Source: Nitrospirota bacterium (GTDB taxonomy: Bacteria > Nitrospirota > Thermodesulfovibrionia > Thermodesulfovibrionales > UBA1546). Taken from it: DNA of 59,794 bases. Location of the stretch: positions 1 to 59,794 of the forward strand of contig JAKALU010000004.1 in NCBI GenBank assembly GCA_021824065.1. The letters run 5' to 3'. This document shows positions 18,242 to 27,940 of this stretch, piece by piece. Numbering within the stretch: the first letter of the stretch is position 1; each line of letters starts with the position of its first letter. Made by a program: the position numbers and the translations under genes. The notes beneath the pieces are model-generated. The model was not told the origin of the DNA and ran no database searches. It saw only the letters and a program-made list of their open reading frames with translations.

Positions 18242-19438
18242 TTATTTTTTCTCGACTTTGACATTTATAATAAAAAACGGGACTGAAAGAGTAAGTGCTG
18301 TTGACATTATCAAGAATGAATAAAGGTAGCCGAACCTTGCTATCAGAAATCCTGCAAGGATAGGACCTGACGCGTGACCGATATCAAAGATTGTCCCGAA
18401 TGTCCCCATAGCTGTTCCAAAGTGTTTTTCTTTGCATATATCTGCAATGAGGGCAGCAGATGATGATGTCACGAATGCCTCTCCAAGGCCAAAGAATATC
18501 GCTGCAAATATAAGTGAATAAAAATCTTTTAATAAGGGGATTAATCCAAAAGATGTTGCACACAATATCATCCCGATTGCTATCAAAGGTTTCCGTCCAT
18601 ATCTGTCAGAAGTCTTTCCCATAACAGGTTTTGATAGTATTGTTATAACCACCTGTATCCCCCAGAGAATTCCTGCCTGAAATTCATTAAGCCCTGCAAC
18701 TGTTACAGCATAAATGGGAAGAAATGCTTCTAATGCGCCTACCGTCAAATTCTGAAGACCTTCCATGCTTGATGTAAGAACAACCCGCTTGTCGCTCATA
18801 ACCTCTTTTATCCCTGATATGAATCTCTGGAAGGACTCTTTAAGTTCCCTGTCTTTTTCGGTAGTCTTTCCTCCCCTTAATATTCCTAACGCAAGAAGAA
18901 GCGAGATTATGCCTGCAACACCGCTAACAAGATATGCATTATGAAAATCACCGAGTGAAGGACTGGGTGCGCCTGCTTTGCTGTGAAGTATAAAACCTCC
19001 AAGTGGCGCACCAAGAAGATTGCCTATTATTGTTACAGATGAAAACCATGAGAGCATCTCCCCCTTTCTAATGCCTGAAATATCAGCGACAACAGCCATT
19101 GACACGGGCCCGTAAACTGCTGTGGCAAGACCGTGGATGAAGCGTACCACGATAAGTAGCTGGTAATCTTTGACGAAAAGATAGGTGAAGGGCATGACTG
19201 CAAATACGGCCAACCCTATCAGCATTGTCCTTTTCCTTCCGATCACGTCTGACAGCGCACCTGACGGCAGCTTGAAGAAGATCCCAGTTACCGTCGAGAT
19301 GCCGACAGCAAATCCTATGGCCTCAGGTCCTGCCCCGAGATAAAGCGCAAAAAGAGGAAGCACCGGGCTTCTTGCGAGGGCATAGGAGAGCCTTGCAAAG
19401 AAGCCCACTGTGCAGAGTGCAGTAAAGGGGGAGAGCAT
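18242..19438 (-). CDS. MFS transporter
   Basis: GALSDVIGRK and GKTSDRYGRK MFS motif A twice, about 12 TM helices. Confidence 0.9.
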   Translation of the reverse strand: MLSPFTALCTVGFFARLSYALARSPVLPLFALYLGAGPEAIGFAVGISTVTGIFFKLPSGALSDVIGRKRTMLIGLAVFAVMPFTYLFVKDYQLLIVVRFIHGLATAVYGPVSMAVVADISGIRKGEMLSWFSSVTIIGNLLGAPLGGFILHSKAGAPSPSLGDFHNAYLVSGVAGIISLLLALGILRGGKTTEKDRELKESFQRFISGIKEVMSDKRVVLTSSMEGLQNLTVGALEAFLPIYAVTVAGLNEFQAGILWGIQVVITILSKPVMGKTSDRYGRKPLIAIGMILCATSFGLIPLLKDFYSLIFAAIFFGLGEAFVTSSSAALIADICKEKHFGTAMGTFGTIFDIGHASGPILAGFLIARFGYLYSFLIMSTALTLSVPFFIINVKVEKK

Positions 19439-19444
19439 GTTCTT

Positions 19445-19918
19445 TCACTGCATGAGTTGTGTATGGTTAAAACCGTTGACCGGGTACTCCTCTGATACTA
19501 TTTGTTTAATTGTCATTAAAGAAGAGTTGTCCAGTTTTTTCAGTTTTCTGAAAGAATAGATAGATGCAAATAGGAGTGAGCTAAAACCTGTAATCACTTC
19601 AAATGACGGGATCGAAAATTCTTTGCTTATGGTGTATCCGAGTATCGAACCACCAATAAAGCAGATAAGCGGGATAATATACGCAAAGAGAAAACCTCTC
19701 ATCTGAGTACCCTTATCCAACCCGACCCTTACTGAATCTCCAACAACTGCATCAACTGTATTTCTGACATTGAGTATAGACACGTTGCCCGAGGGCTTAC
19801 AGAGACCGATTTTTGCTGCACCACAACCCTTACATGATTTTCCGGCGTTTAGCAAAACCATAGCCATGTCTTTGTCCACCTTTATTACCGTACCTGTCTC
19901 AGGGATCATCGGTTTCAT
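19445..19918 (-). CDS. RseC/MucC (SoxR-reducing system) family membrane protein
   Basis: ETGTVIKV, CKGCGAAKIGLC, GDSV, then two TM helices. Confidence 0.8.
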   Translation of the reverse strand: MKPMIPETGTVIKVDKDMAMVLLNAGKSCKGCGAAKIGLCKPSGNVSILNVRNTVDAVVGDSVRVGLDKGTQMRGFLFAYIIPLICFIGGSILGYTISKEFSIPSFEVITGFSSLLFASIYSFRKLKKLDNSSLMTIKQIVSEEYPVNGFNHTQLMQ

Positions 19919-20137
19919 AATAATACTTTAAATAAAAAATAAAGGTCAGAGTATGTTTTAAATCATATATCTGAGTAAAGGCATTGTACGGAGACTTTTA
20001 AATAGCTTTATATCTCACTTTGAAAATGCACAGAGAGCGCATCCCCGCAGTTTGTCGAGGAGCTACAGTTTTTATGGGTTGAAAATATGCTGAAAATAAA
20101 CATGTCTCAATAATCCCTTTTCTGGTAGAATGAGTTT

Positions 20138-20341
20138 ATGAGAAGAAGTATTCTTAATGAGGTAATAGAAGTTGAGAAGGAGATTCAGGGGAGGGCTGCA
20201 ATAGAAAAGAGAAGGTCTGAGGAGTGGATTGATAAGGTCAGGAAAGAAGCCGATGAAGAAGCAGCGGGTGAAGAAGAAAGGTTGAAAAAGTCCTTATGCT
20301 TTTCTGAGAAAAATGTGTGCTGTACATTTATAGTAATATAG
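20138..20341 (+). pseudogene. Truncated V/A-type ATPase peripheral-stalk subunit (G/H-like) relic
   Basis: ILNEVIEVEKEIQ...WIDKVRKEADEE is a charged coiled-coil N-terminus that breaks into an unrelated tail. No other V-ATPase genes follow. Confidence 0.45.
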
Positions 20342-20362
20342 GAATTTATATGGAGGGATAAA

Positions 20363-21589
20363 ATGGCACATCCAAAGGTTCTTGCATTTGTTTTAGCCGG
20401 AGGGAAGGGCGAGAGACTATTCCCTCTGACAGCATTTCGTTCAAAACCTTCGGTTCCCTTTGGTGGGAGATACAGGATAGTGGATTTTGTCCTGAGCAAT
20501 CTCGTTAATTCGCACATATATTCTATTTATTTGCTTGTTCAATACAAATCACAGTCTCTTATTGAGCATATAAGGCAAAATTGGGTCTTATCTCCTGTCA
20601 TAAGGGATCATTTTGTGGCGGTGGTTCCCCCCCAGATGCGTATGGGACCTGAGTGGTTTCAGGGGACTGCTGATGCAGTTTTTCAGAATATCAATCTCAT
20701 TCACCAGCATAATCCAGAGCTTGTTATAGTCTTTGGGGCAGACCACATCTACAGGATGGATATCCGTCAGATGATAGATTTTCATCTTGAAAAAGATGCC
20801 TTTGTTACTGTTGCGGCAAGGCCTGTTCCCATAGGGCAGGCTTCAGCCTTCGGGGTTATTCAGACTGACAGCGAAAAACGAATTGTCGGGTTTCAGGAAA
20901 AACCAAAGAAACCAACTCCACTGCATGACAACCCTACCCATGCTTATGTCTCCATGGGTAATTATATATTTAGCAGGGATGTGCTGTTAAATGCACTTGC
21001 AAAGGCGCAGAGAAAAAAGCAGCATGATTTTGGCGCCCATGTTATACCTGATCTTGTTGGAACAGAGAAGGTATTCGCCTATGACTTTGCAACAAATGTC
21101 ATACCCGGAACCATGGCATATGAGGAAAAAGGGTACTGGCGGGATGTGGGAGCCATATCTGCTTATTTTGAAGCGCATATGGACATGCTGGGCGACTCCC
21201 CTGTATTTGAACTTGATAATAAGCTGTGGCCTATCCATCCATCAGGTTTTGAGGGTCCTGCTGCAAAGATACTGAGAGGTGACATCAGGAACAGTATAAT
21301 CGCAGACGGGACTGTTATACATAAGGCAAAGATACAAAATTCTGTTATCCGCAGCGGAGTGTTAATCGAAAATGATGTAAGTGTGGAAGACTGTATAATT
21401 ATGGATCAGTCAACTCTCAAAAAAGGTTGCAGGCTCAGGAGGGTGATTGTCGATAAGTTGAATAGAATAAATGAAGGCGAACAGATTGGTTTTGAGCCAG
21501 ATAAAGACCGTTTCCGATGTCATATAGACTCCTCTGGAATAGCAATAGTTCCAAGGGGGGGCAGGATGAGAAGGGTTTCTAAAGAATAG
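20363..21589 (+). CDS. glgC: Glucose-1-phosphate adenylyltransferase
   Basis: LAGGKGERLFPLT..RSKPSVPFGGRYR, GTADAV, DHIYRMD, FQEKP, SMGNYIF, YWRDVG. Confidence 0.95.
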   Translation: MAHPKVLAFVLAGGKGERLFPLTAFRSKPSVPFGGRYRIVDFVLSNLVNSHIYSIYLLVQYKSQSLIEHIRQNWVLSPVIRDHFVAVVPPQMRMGPEWFQGTADAVFQNINLIHQHNPELVIVFGADHIYRMDIRQMIDFHLEKDAFVTVAARPVPIGQASAFGVIQTDSEKRIVGFQEKPKKPTPLHDNPTHAYVSMGNYIFSRDVLLNALAKAQRKKQHDFGAHVIPDLVGTEKVFAYDFATNVIPGTMAYEEKGYWRDVGAISAYFEAHMDMLGDSPVFELDNKLWPIHPSGFEGPAAKILRGDIRNSIIADGTVIHKAKIQNSVIRSGVLIENDVSVEDCIIMDQSTLKKGCRLRRVIVDKLNRINEGEQIGFEPDKDRFRCHIDSSGIAIVPRGGRMRRVSKE

Positions 21590-21630
21590 GTTCATCTAAT
21601 GGCATATTTATCTAAAAGATAGGAGATTAG

Positions 21631-21870
21631 GTGGTAGCGATAATATTTGTATTGGTTATTATTGCACTGGTGGCAGTATTTTCAGTACAGAATGCAGCGC
21701 CTGTTACAATCTCTTTTTTTTTCTGGAAGTTTGAGGCATCCCTTGCAATAGTCGTATTTCTCTCTGTGCTCAGCGGCATTATAATCACAGTTGTCATTAT
21801 ATCTTCAGGCTATATAAAACGGTATATAAAAACAAGGGGCAAAAAGACAGATAATTTGAAACTGTTATAA
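21631..21870 (+). CDS. LapA/DUF1049-family small membrane protein
   Basis: AVFSVQNAAPVTISFFFWKFEASLA motif, two TM helices. Confidence 0.75.
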   Translation: MVAIIFVLVIIALVAVFSVQNAAPVTISFFFWKFEASLAIVVFLSVLSGIIITVVIISSGYIKRYIKTRGKKTDNLKLL

Positions 21871-22024
21871 ACCGAATATGCTGACCAAAATTTGCCGCCT
21901 ATGTGGTTGTCTTATAACGGTTTCCCAGTTCTATCGGCAGATTTGGGGCTGAGATAGTGCTTGACATAGGTTTCCTGTTTCAGACGGTCTTGCCGCAAGG
22001 TAATTCATTTTTAGAAAGGTAGAC

Positions 22025-24769
22025 ATGCGCTGGCATCAGAAAAAGATAGAAGACATATTCGAGCAACTACAGTCATCATTACAGGGACTTTCTTCAGAAG
22101 AATCGCAAAAGCGGCTTAAAGAATATGGCCCAAATGAGTTAAAGGAGAAGAAAAAAAGGACTACGCTCATGATGTTTCTTGACCAGTTCAAGGACTTCAT
22201 GATACTTGTACTTATTGCTGCTGCAATTATATCAGGGATTATTGGCGAGCCATCGGATACTATTGCAATAGTAGTAATCGTTGTCATTAATGCCATCATC
22301 GGATTTATTCAGGAATACAGGGCTGAGAAGGCAATGGCAGCCCTGAAAAAGATGGCAGCGCCGGTTGCCACTGTAATAAGAGATGGAAGACCTGCAAACA
22401 TCTCTGCATCTGAACTTGTACCTGGCGATATTGTAAACCTTGAGGCAGGAAAGTTTGTCCCGGCTGATATGAGACTTATAGAGGCTGCTCAGTTAAAAAT
22501 AGAAGAGGCAGCACTTACTGGCGAATCCATCCCGATAGAAAAACATACAAAGGTTTTACATGATGAAATGCTTCCATTGGGCGATAGAAAGAATACGGCA
22601 TACAGGGGCACAATGGTTTCCTATGGAAGAGGCAGTGGAATTGTTGTTGCTACTGGCATGGATACAGAACTCGGCAAGATTGCCACTATGCTTCAAGAGG
22701 AAGAAGAGGTAAAAACACCCCTGCAGAAAAGGCTTGCAAGCTTTGGTCAGAAGCTTGCCCTCTCTGTTCTTGCAATATGTGCGATCGTTTTTGGTGTTGG
22801 AATTCTCAGGGGAGAGGAACCTATTCTTATGTTTCTTACAGCTATTTCATTGGCTGTCGCGGCAATACCAGAGGCATTGCCTGCTGTAGTAACTATTTCC
22901 CTTGCAATTGGCGCCAAGAAGATGGTCAGGCAAAATGCCCTGATAAGAAAACTTCCGGCAGTAGAAACCCTTGGCTCTGTTACGTATATATGCTCTGATA
23001 AAACAGGCACTCTGACATTAAATAAGATGACAGTTGAGGAGATTTATGTAGATGGCGAAATACTTAAAGGTGAAGAGTTAAAAGTTAAAAGTGAAAAAAT
23101 AAAAAAACTTTTAACTTTTAATTCTTCCGCCCCAGGCGGACCCACCCAAGGAGGGCAACTTTCAACTCTGTTCAGGGCAATGGCTTTGAGCAACGATGCT
23201 GTAACTGATAAAGATGGCAATGTTATCGGCGACCCGACTGAGGTGGCTCTTTTTTCAATAGCAAAAGATTATGGTTTTAATAAGGAAGAGCTTGAAAAGG
23301 AATTCCCGCGTGTTGCAGAGATACCATTTGATTCTGACAGGAAATGCATGACGACATTTCACAAGGGTTCAAGGGTTCAAGGGTTCAAGGATTCAAGTGG
23401 GGGAAAAAATCTTTTGCTCGACCCCTCGACTCCTCGACCCCTCGAACCCTTTGAATTTATTTCCTTCACCAAAGGCGCAATCGAAGCATTAATAGATAAG
23501 GCAGACAATGTTTTAACCTCAGAAGGGGTTAAGGTTATAGATAAAAAAGAGATTCATCAGATAAATGAACGGATGGCTGCTGACGGGCTGAGGGTGCTCG
23601 GCATTGCAATGAGAACATGGGATGCCCTGCCAGATGATATGAGTCCTGAAAATGTTGAGACAGGACTTACGATACTCGGACTTTGCGGGATAATGGACCC
23701 TCCGAGAGAGGAGGCCAGAGAAGCGGTCTCATTATGCAAGACAGCAGGAATAAATCCTGTGATGATTACAGGCGACCATCCAATAACAGCATGGGCTATT
23801 GCAAAACGCATTGGAATAATAGAGGGATACGAGGGCGTAATCACGGGAAGGGAACTCGAAAGACTTCCTCTCGAGGAGTTTGAAAAAAGGGTAGAGCATA
23901 TAAGTGTATATGCCAGGGTTGCGCCTGAGCAGAAATTGAAGATTGTAAAGGCGCTTCAGGATAAAGGCCAGTTCATTGCAATGACAGGCGACGGCGTTAA
24001 TGATGCGCCTGCATTGAAAAGGGCAGATATCGGAGTTGCCATGGGAATTACAGGGACTGATGTGGCAAAGGAATCAGCTCACATGATACTTCTCGATGAC
24101 AATTTTGCAACCATCATAAAGGCGGTGAAGGAAGGAAGAAAGATATACGACAACATAAGAAAGTTTATAAAATACCTTCTTTCAACAAATTCAGGAGAGA
24201 TATGGACGCTGTTTCTTGCGCCGCTTATTGGTCTGCCGATTCCCCTGCTGCCAATCCATATTCTCTGGATAAATCTGATGACAGACGGACTTCCTGCGCT
24301 TGCTCTGTCTGTTGAGCCTGCAGAGGAGAATGTGATGAAAAGACCGCCGAGAGACCCAAAAGAAAGCATATTTGCCCACGGGCTTGGATTTTTTGCTATA
24401 TGGGTAGGGCTGTTGATGGCGGGTCTCTGTCTTTCAGTTCAGGCATGGTCTATTAAGACAGGACATTTCCACTGGCAGACAATGGTCTTCACGATACTCT
24501 GCCTTATGCAGCTTGGAAATGCACTTGCCGTAAGATCAGAAAGAGAGTCATTGTTTAAGATAGGATTATTTTCCAATAAGCCTTTGTTGGGCGCTGTGCT
24601 GTTGAGTTTTGGTTTACAGATGTCAACTATTTATATCCCGGCCTTAAATCCAATATTCAGGACAGAACCATTAACTCTCAACGAATTACTCCTTACACTT
24701 GCTGTATCATCTGTGGTATTCTTTGCAGTGGAAGGGGATAAGTTCTTTAAGCGCAGATTTAAAAAATAA
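22025..24769 (+). CDS. P-type (IIA, Ca2+-like) cation-transporting ATPase with two in-frame repeat insertions
   Basis: [37 protein letters not shown]. Confidence 0.95.
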   Translation: MRWHQKKIEDIFEQLQSSLQGLSSEESQKRLKEYGPNELKEKKKRTTLMMFLDQFKDFMILVLIAAAIISGIIGEPSDTIAIVVIVVINAIIGFIQEYRAEKAMAALKKMAAPVATVIRDGRPANISASELVPGDIVNLEAGKFVPADMRLIEAAQLKIEEAALTGESIPIEKHTKVLHDEMLPLGDRKNTAYRGTMVSYGRGSGIVVATGMDTELGKIATMLQEEEEVKTPLQKRLASFGQKLALSVLAICAIVFGVGILRGEEPILMFLTAISLAVAAIPEALPAVVTISLAIGAKKMVRQNALIRKLPAVETLGSVTYICSDKTGTLTLNKMTVEEIYVDGEILKGEELKVKSEKIKKLLTFNSSAPGGPTQGGQLSTLFRAMALSNDAVTDKDGNVIGDPTEVALFSIAKDYGFNKEELEKEFPRVAEIPFDSDRKCMTTFHKGSRVQGFKDSSGGKNLLLDPSTPRPLEPFEFISFTKGAIEALIDKADNVLTSEGVKVIDKKEIHQINERMAADGLRVLGIAMRTWDALPDDMSPENVETGLTILGLCGIMDPPREEAREAVSLCKTAGINPVMITGDHPITAWAIAKRIGIIEGYEGVITGRELERLPLEEFEKRVEHISVYARVAPEQKLKIVKALQDKGQFIAMTGDGVNDAPALKRADIGVAMGITGTDVAKESAHMILLDDNFATIIKAVKEGRKIYDNIRKFIKYLLSTNSGEIWTLFLAPLIGLPIPLLPIHILWINLMTDGLPALALSVEPAEENVMKRPPRDPKESIFAHGLGFFAIWVGLLMAGLCLSVQAWSIKTGHFHWQTMVFTILCLMQLGNALAVRSERESLFKIGLFSNKPLLGAVLLSFGLQMSTIYIPALNPIFRTEPLTLNELLLTLAVSSVVFFAVEGDKFFKRRFKK
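23069..23167. repeat. In-frame heptamer-armed element with nested mini-palindromes
   Basis: agttaaa agttaaa agtgaaa ... taacttt taatt, then tccgccccaggcgga. Same architecture as intergenic 34782-34895. Confidence 0.7.
23360..23455. repeat. In-frame octamer-armed hairpin element
   Basis: caagggtt x3 + caaggatt, spacer, then ctcgaccc/ctcgactc/ctcgaccc/ctcgaacc. Same family as intergenic 42091-42199. Confidence 0.75.
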
Positions 24770-24799
24770 GCTATGAAGAGGTTGAACCTCAATAGATCC

Positions 24800-24837
24800 T
24801 TGCCCCAAGAAACTGCTGGAGCGGGAAGGGTATTTAA
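24800..24837. repeat. Direct repeat, left copy, flanking the BrnTA module
   Basis: ttgccccaagaaactgctggagcgggaagggtatttaa; 36/38 identical to 25431-25468. Confidence 0.9.
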
Positions 24838-25091
24838 GCAGCCTTGCGTTTGTTCAAATTCTCAAGAACCCACATCCTGATTAACTCAAGATAACCTATG
24901 CCTTTGCCCTGAGCCATTTTCTTCAATTCCTTAATAGTCTTTTCATCAAGCCTGAGAGATACAAGCTTTTTTGACGGCCGTGTGAATTTTACTTTAACCT
25001 CTCTTGTTTCTGACAGATAATCAGTAGTGTCGTGCGTTGCCCAGAAATCAGCCTCTTCTTTTTCTGATTTAAATTTTGGTATCTTTTTCAT
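24834..25091 (-). CDS. CopG/BrnA-family antitoxin
   Basis: KKIPKFKSEKEEADFWATHD followed by a C-terminal RHH-like segment (VSLRLD). Confidence 0.85.
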   Translation of the reverse strand: MKKIPKFKSEKEEADFWATHDTTDYLSETREVKVKFTRPSKKLVSLRLDEKTIKELKKMAQGKGIGYLELIRMWVLENLNKRKAA

Positions 25092-25095
25092 ATTC

Positions 25096-25365
25096 TCATC
25101 TCCTCTTATAAAAAGACTTTTCCCTTTCGGTCATGTCCCTTGCAGTTATTGTCCTGAAAATACCCTTCCCTTTATTTATCCCAATGATGATCAAATGCCT
25201 TCCATCGTCTGTAATTCCGTATATAAGGTATCTATTATCAAGGGTCTTCCTAATATAGGGTTTATTCAAGCATGCTTCCTCAATCTCATCCGGAACTACA
25301 TGATGCCTAAGTATATGTTCAATATTGTTCTCATCCCACTCAAATGCCTTAAATATCAAGAACAC
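25096..25365 (-). CDS. BrnT-family toxin (ribonuclease)
   Basis: FEWDENNIEHI..H and FRTITARDMTEREK motifs; lies directly upstream of the antitoxin. Confidence 0.85.
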   Translation of the reverse strand: MFLIFKAFEWDENNIEHILRHHVVPDEIEEACLNKPYIRKTLDNRYLIYGITDDGRHLIIIGINKGKGIFRTITARDMTEREKSFYKRR

Positions 25366-25430
25366 TCCTGCTATCTATGAGATGTCTATAAGATAGCTCT
25401 AATAAATTATTTTGTCAAACTATTCTGCCA

Positions 25431-25468
25431 TTGCTCCAAGAAACTGCTGGAGCGGGAAGGGTATATAA
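25431..25468. repeat. Direct repeat, right copy, flanking the BrnTA module
   Basis: ttgctccaagaaactgctggagcgggaagggtatataa. Confidence 0.9.
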
Positions 25469-25577
25469 CAAAAAAAGTGTTACATTAAAAGCAAAAAATG
25501 GTAGCATATCCTGTGTATAAAAACACAAAGAATAAGACTTGGGCTGTTATGAAGATGATTAAGATGCGGAGGAAGAT

Positions 25578-26456
25578 ATGTCAGACATTATAGTGCAAAC
25601 AAATTTAGAAGACGTTAAGCTACTCAGGCGTGGGAAAGTGAGAGATGTCTATGAGATTGGAGATAATTTGCTAATTGTGGCCACAGACAGAATATCTGCA
25701 TTTGATGTTGTGTTGCCTGGCGGCATTCCTGATAAAGGTAAGATCTTAACCCAGATATCAGTCTATTGGTTTAATCAGGTGAAAGACATAATCGAAAACC
25801 ATATTGTGTCTACCAACGTTAAGGATTATCCGCCTGTTCTGCATAAATATAAGAATATTCTGGAGGGCAGGAGCATGCTTGTAAAAAAGGCAAGGCCAAT
25901 GCCTGTTGAATGCATTGTAAGAGGATATCTTTCTGGTTCGGGATGGAAGGAATATAAAGAAAAGGGAACTGTTTGTGGTATAAAACTCCCTAATAGTTTA
26001 GTAGAGTCGTCAAGACTTAATGAGCCAATATTCACACCGAGCACAAAGGCAGAGGAAGGTCATGACATAAACATCAGCTTCGATAAGATGAAAAATATAG
26101 TCGGAGAAGACAAGGCAACTAAGCTCAGGGATTCAAGCCTGGATGTGTATAAAACGGCAAGGGGACTTGCAGAAAAAAAAGGTATAATCATTGCTGATAC
26201 AAAAATGGAATTTGGCATCTATGAAAATAAATTAATTCTGATTGACGAGCTTCTTACTCCAGATTCATCGCGATTCTGGTCCATAAAGGATTATAAACCA
26301 GGCAAAGGACAAGACAGCTATGATAAGCAGATTGTAAGGGATTATCTTTTAACGCTTGACTGGAATCAGACATATCCTGGACCCGAACTTCCGAATGAGA
26401 TTATAGAAAAGACCGCAGCGAGATACAAAGAGATACTCGGTATACTTATAGCGTAG
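25578..26456 (+). CDS. purC: Phosphoribosylaminoimidazole-succinocarboxamide (SAICAR) synthase
   Basis: [46 protein letters not shown]. Confidence 0.97.
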   Translation: MSDIIVQTNLEDVKLLRRGKVRDVYEIGDNLLIVATDRISAFDVVLPGGIPDKGKILTQISVYWFNQVKDIIENHIVSTNVKDYPPVLHKYKNILEGRSMLVKKARPMPVECIVRGYLSGSGWKEYKEKGTVCGIKLPNSLVESSRLNEPIFTPSTKAEEGHDINISFDKMKNIVGEDKATKLRDSSLDVYKTARGLAEKKGIIIADTKMEFGIYENKLILIDELLTPDSSRFWSIKDYKPGKGQDSYDKQIVRDYLLTLDWNQTYPGPELPNEIIEKTAARYKEILGILIA

Positions 26457-26462
26457 CGAGAT

Positions 26463-27227
26463 TCATTTGCCTTTTAGCCTTGATAGTATAATGCCTATGT
26501 ATTTGTTAATAAGATTGCTCCTCCGAAGGAAGGGGATAACGGGTTTTCTTCTCGTGCCGAGTTTCCTTAATTCCCATAGCAGGTCATGGTTAGTTCTATC
26601 AATCTTTAATCCATTGTTAAATGCCTCAATAGCTAATTGCCTTTGTCCACCGGCAAGATGCGCCCTTCCCAGGTTCAGATAAAACGTGGCATAAAGAGGT
26701 TCCTCACCGGGTGTTACAACTGGGTTAAGCTTTTCTAATGCCCGTTGACATATCTTTATGCCTTCATCATACTTTTTTTCAACAATAGCCTTTAAACAAC
26801 CATAATAAGACATAATAAACGGGTCTTCAGGGAATTCTTCAAGCGCATCCCTTAATATCTTTAATGCCTGTTTATTGTTGCCTCTTCTAAGCAGTTTTTT
26901 CACTGCATCAAAATATTCTGTCTTTTTTTTGTTTTCTTCAACCCTCTTTGTAAACTCTTCTATGACACTTTTATGTTGCCTGTCCATCATATCTTTGAGT
27001 CTATCATCATAATCTTTTGCGTTCAGGATATCCGAATAATCAGTCTTTTTCGAATAAACGATCTCTCCTTTATGGTAGATATAGGTCGTAACAGATGGAT
27101 TATCTGTGCCACCGTTTTCTGTCTGGACATGGTAGGTTTTATCACCTAATGTGATATTTATATTGAATCCTGGAGGGATTTTTAATGCAAGGTGTACTCT
27201 ATCAGATTTTTTTGCCATATATCTCAT
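26463..27227 (-). CDS. TPR-containing protein
   Basis: N-terminal YHVQTE domain and C-terminal TPR-like helices (YLNLGRAHLAGG). Start uncertain. Confidence 0.7.
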   Translation of the reverse strand: MRYMAKKSDRVHLALKIPPGFNINITLGDKTYHVQTENGGTDNPSVTTYIYHKGEIVYSKKTDYSDILNAKDYDDRLKDMMDRQHKSVIEEFTKRVEENKKKTEYFDAVKKLLRRGNNKQALKILRDALEEFPEDPFIMSYYGCLKAIVEKKYDEGIKICQRALEKLNPVVTPGEEPLYATFYLNLGRAHLAGGQRQLAIEAFNNGLKIDRTNHDLLWELRKLGTRRKPVIPFLRRSNLINKYIGIILSRLKGK

Positions 27228-27256
27228 ATGTAACAGAAATTGATTATTTAATCAAG

Positions 27257-27285
27257 TTGAAACTCGAAAATACCTCTGTTATAAT
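27257..27285 (+). promoter_or_regulatory. Sigma70 promoter, likely leaderless
   Basis: TTGAAA-17 bp-TATAAT with an extended -10 TG; the GTG start is 6 nt downstream and there is no SD. Confidence 0.65.
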
Positions 27286-27291
27286 CGTTTC

Positions 27292-27861
27292 GTGGAAAGA
27301 AGGGTGGTATATTTTGAGAAGCCTGGAAGGGAAAACACGTCTGCATGTCTTGAGGTTGTCAAACAGGCAATAAAAGAAAGCGGATACAGACATCTTATCG
27401 TTGCAACAACAGGAGGGGATACCGGCCTTTTATTTTCAGAGGCATTTAAATCCTCTAAGATTAATCTGGTTGTTGTGACACACTCAGCTGGTTTTAAGGA
27501 GCCTAATACATTTGAGATGCCTGATGATATCAGAGAAAAGATAAAGGCAAATGGTGCCGGGATTTATACAGGGACAATGCTTACCCATTCTATAGAGACA
27601 GCCTTCGCAGCCAAGTTTAGCGGTTCTTATCCGACCCTTATTATTGCCCAGTCTTTGAGGAGGTTTGGTGAGGGGCCAAAGGTATGCTGTGAGATCGCTA
27701 TGATGGCTACTGATGCAGGTCTTATCCCTGAAGAGGAGGAAGTCCTTGCAGTTGCAGGCACAGGAAGGGGTGCTGATACAGTGATGGTTATTAAGTCTGC
27801 CGCATCAAAACGGTTCCTTGACCTGAGAGTCCTTGAGATATTAGCAAAACCGAGGGTGTAA
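27292..27861 (+). CDS. Pyruvate-kinase C-terminal (alpha/beta) domain-only protein
   Basis: YFEKPGRENT, VATTGGDT, VVVTHSAG, KVCCEIAMMATDAG, GRGADT. Confidence 0.8.
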   Translation: MERRVVYFEKPGRENTSACLEVVKQAIKESGYRHLIVATTGGDTGLLFSEAFKSSKINLVVVTHSAGFKEPNTFEMPDDIREKIKANGAGIYTGTMLTHSIETAFAAKFSGSYPTLIIAQSLRRFGEGPKVCCEIAMMATDAGLIPEEEEVLAVAGTGRGADTVMVIKSAASKRFLDLRVLEILAKPRV

Positions 27862-27940
27862 ACTTCCTGCATTCTTTAATACAGGTATTCATTTTACGTC
27901 CAAACAATGTGGAATCCCAAGTTAAAATATATGTATCTTA

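Noticed and set aside
24800-25468. CRISPR array
   Set aside because: Only two repeat copies, 631 bp apart and enclosing genes; no cas genes. No CRISPR array was seen anywhere in the window.
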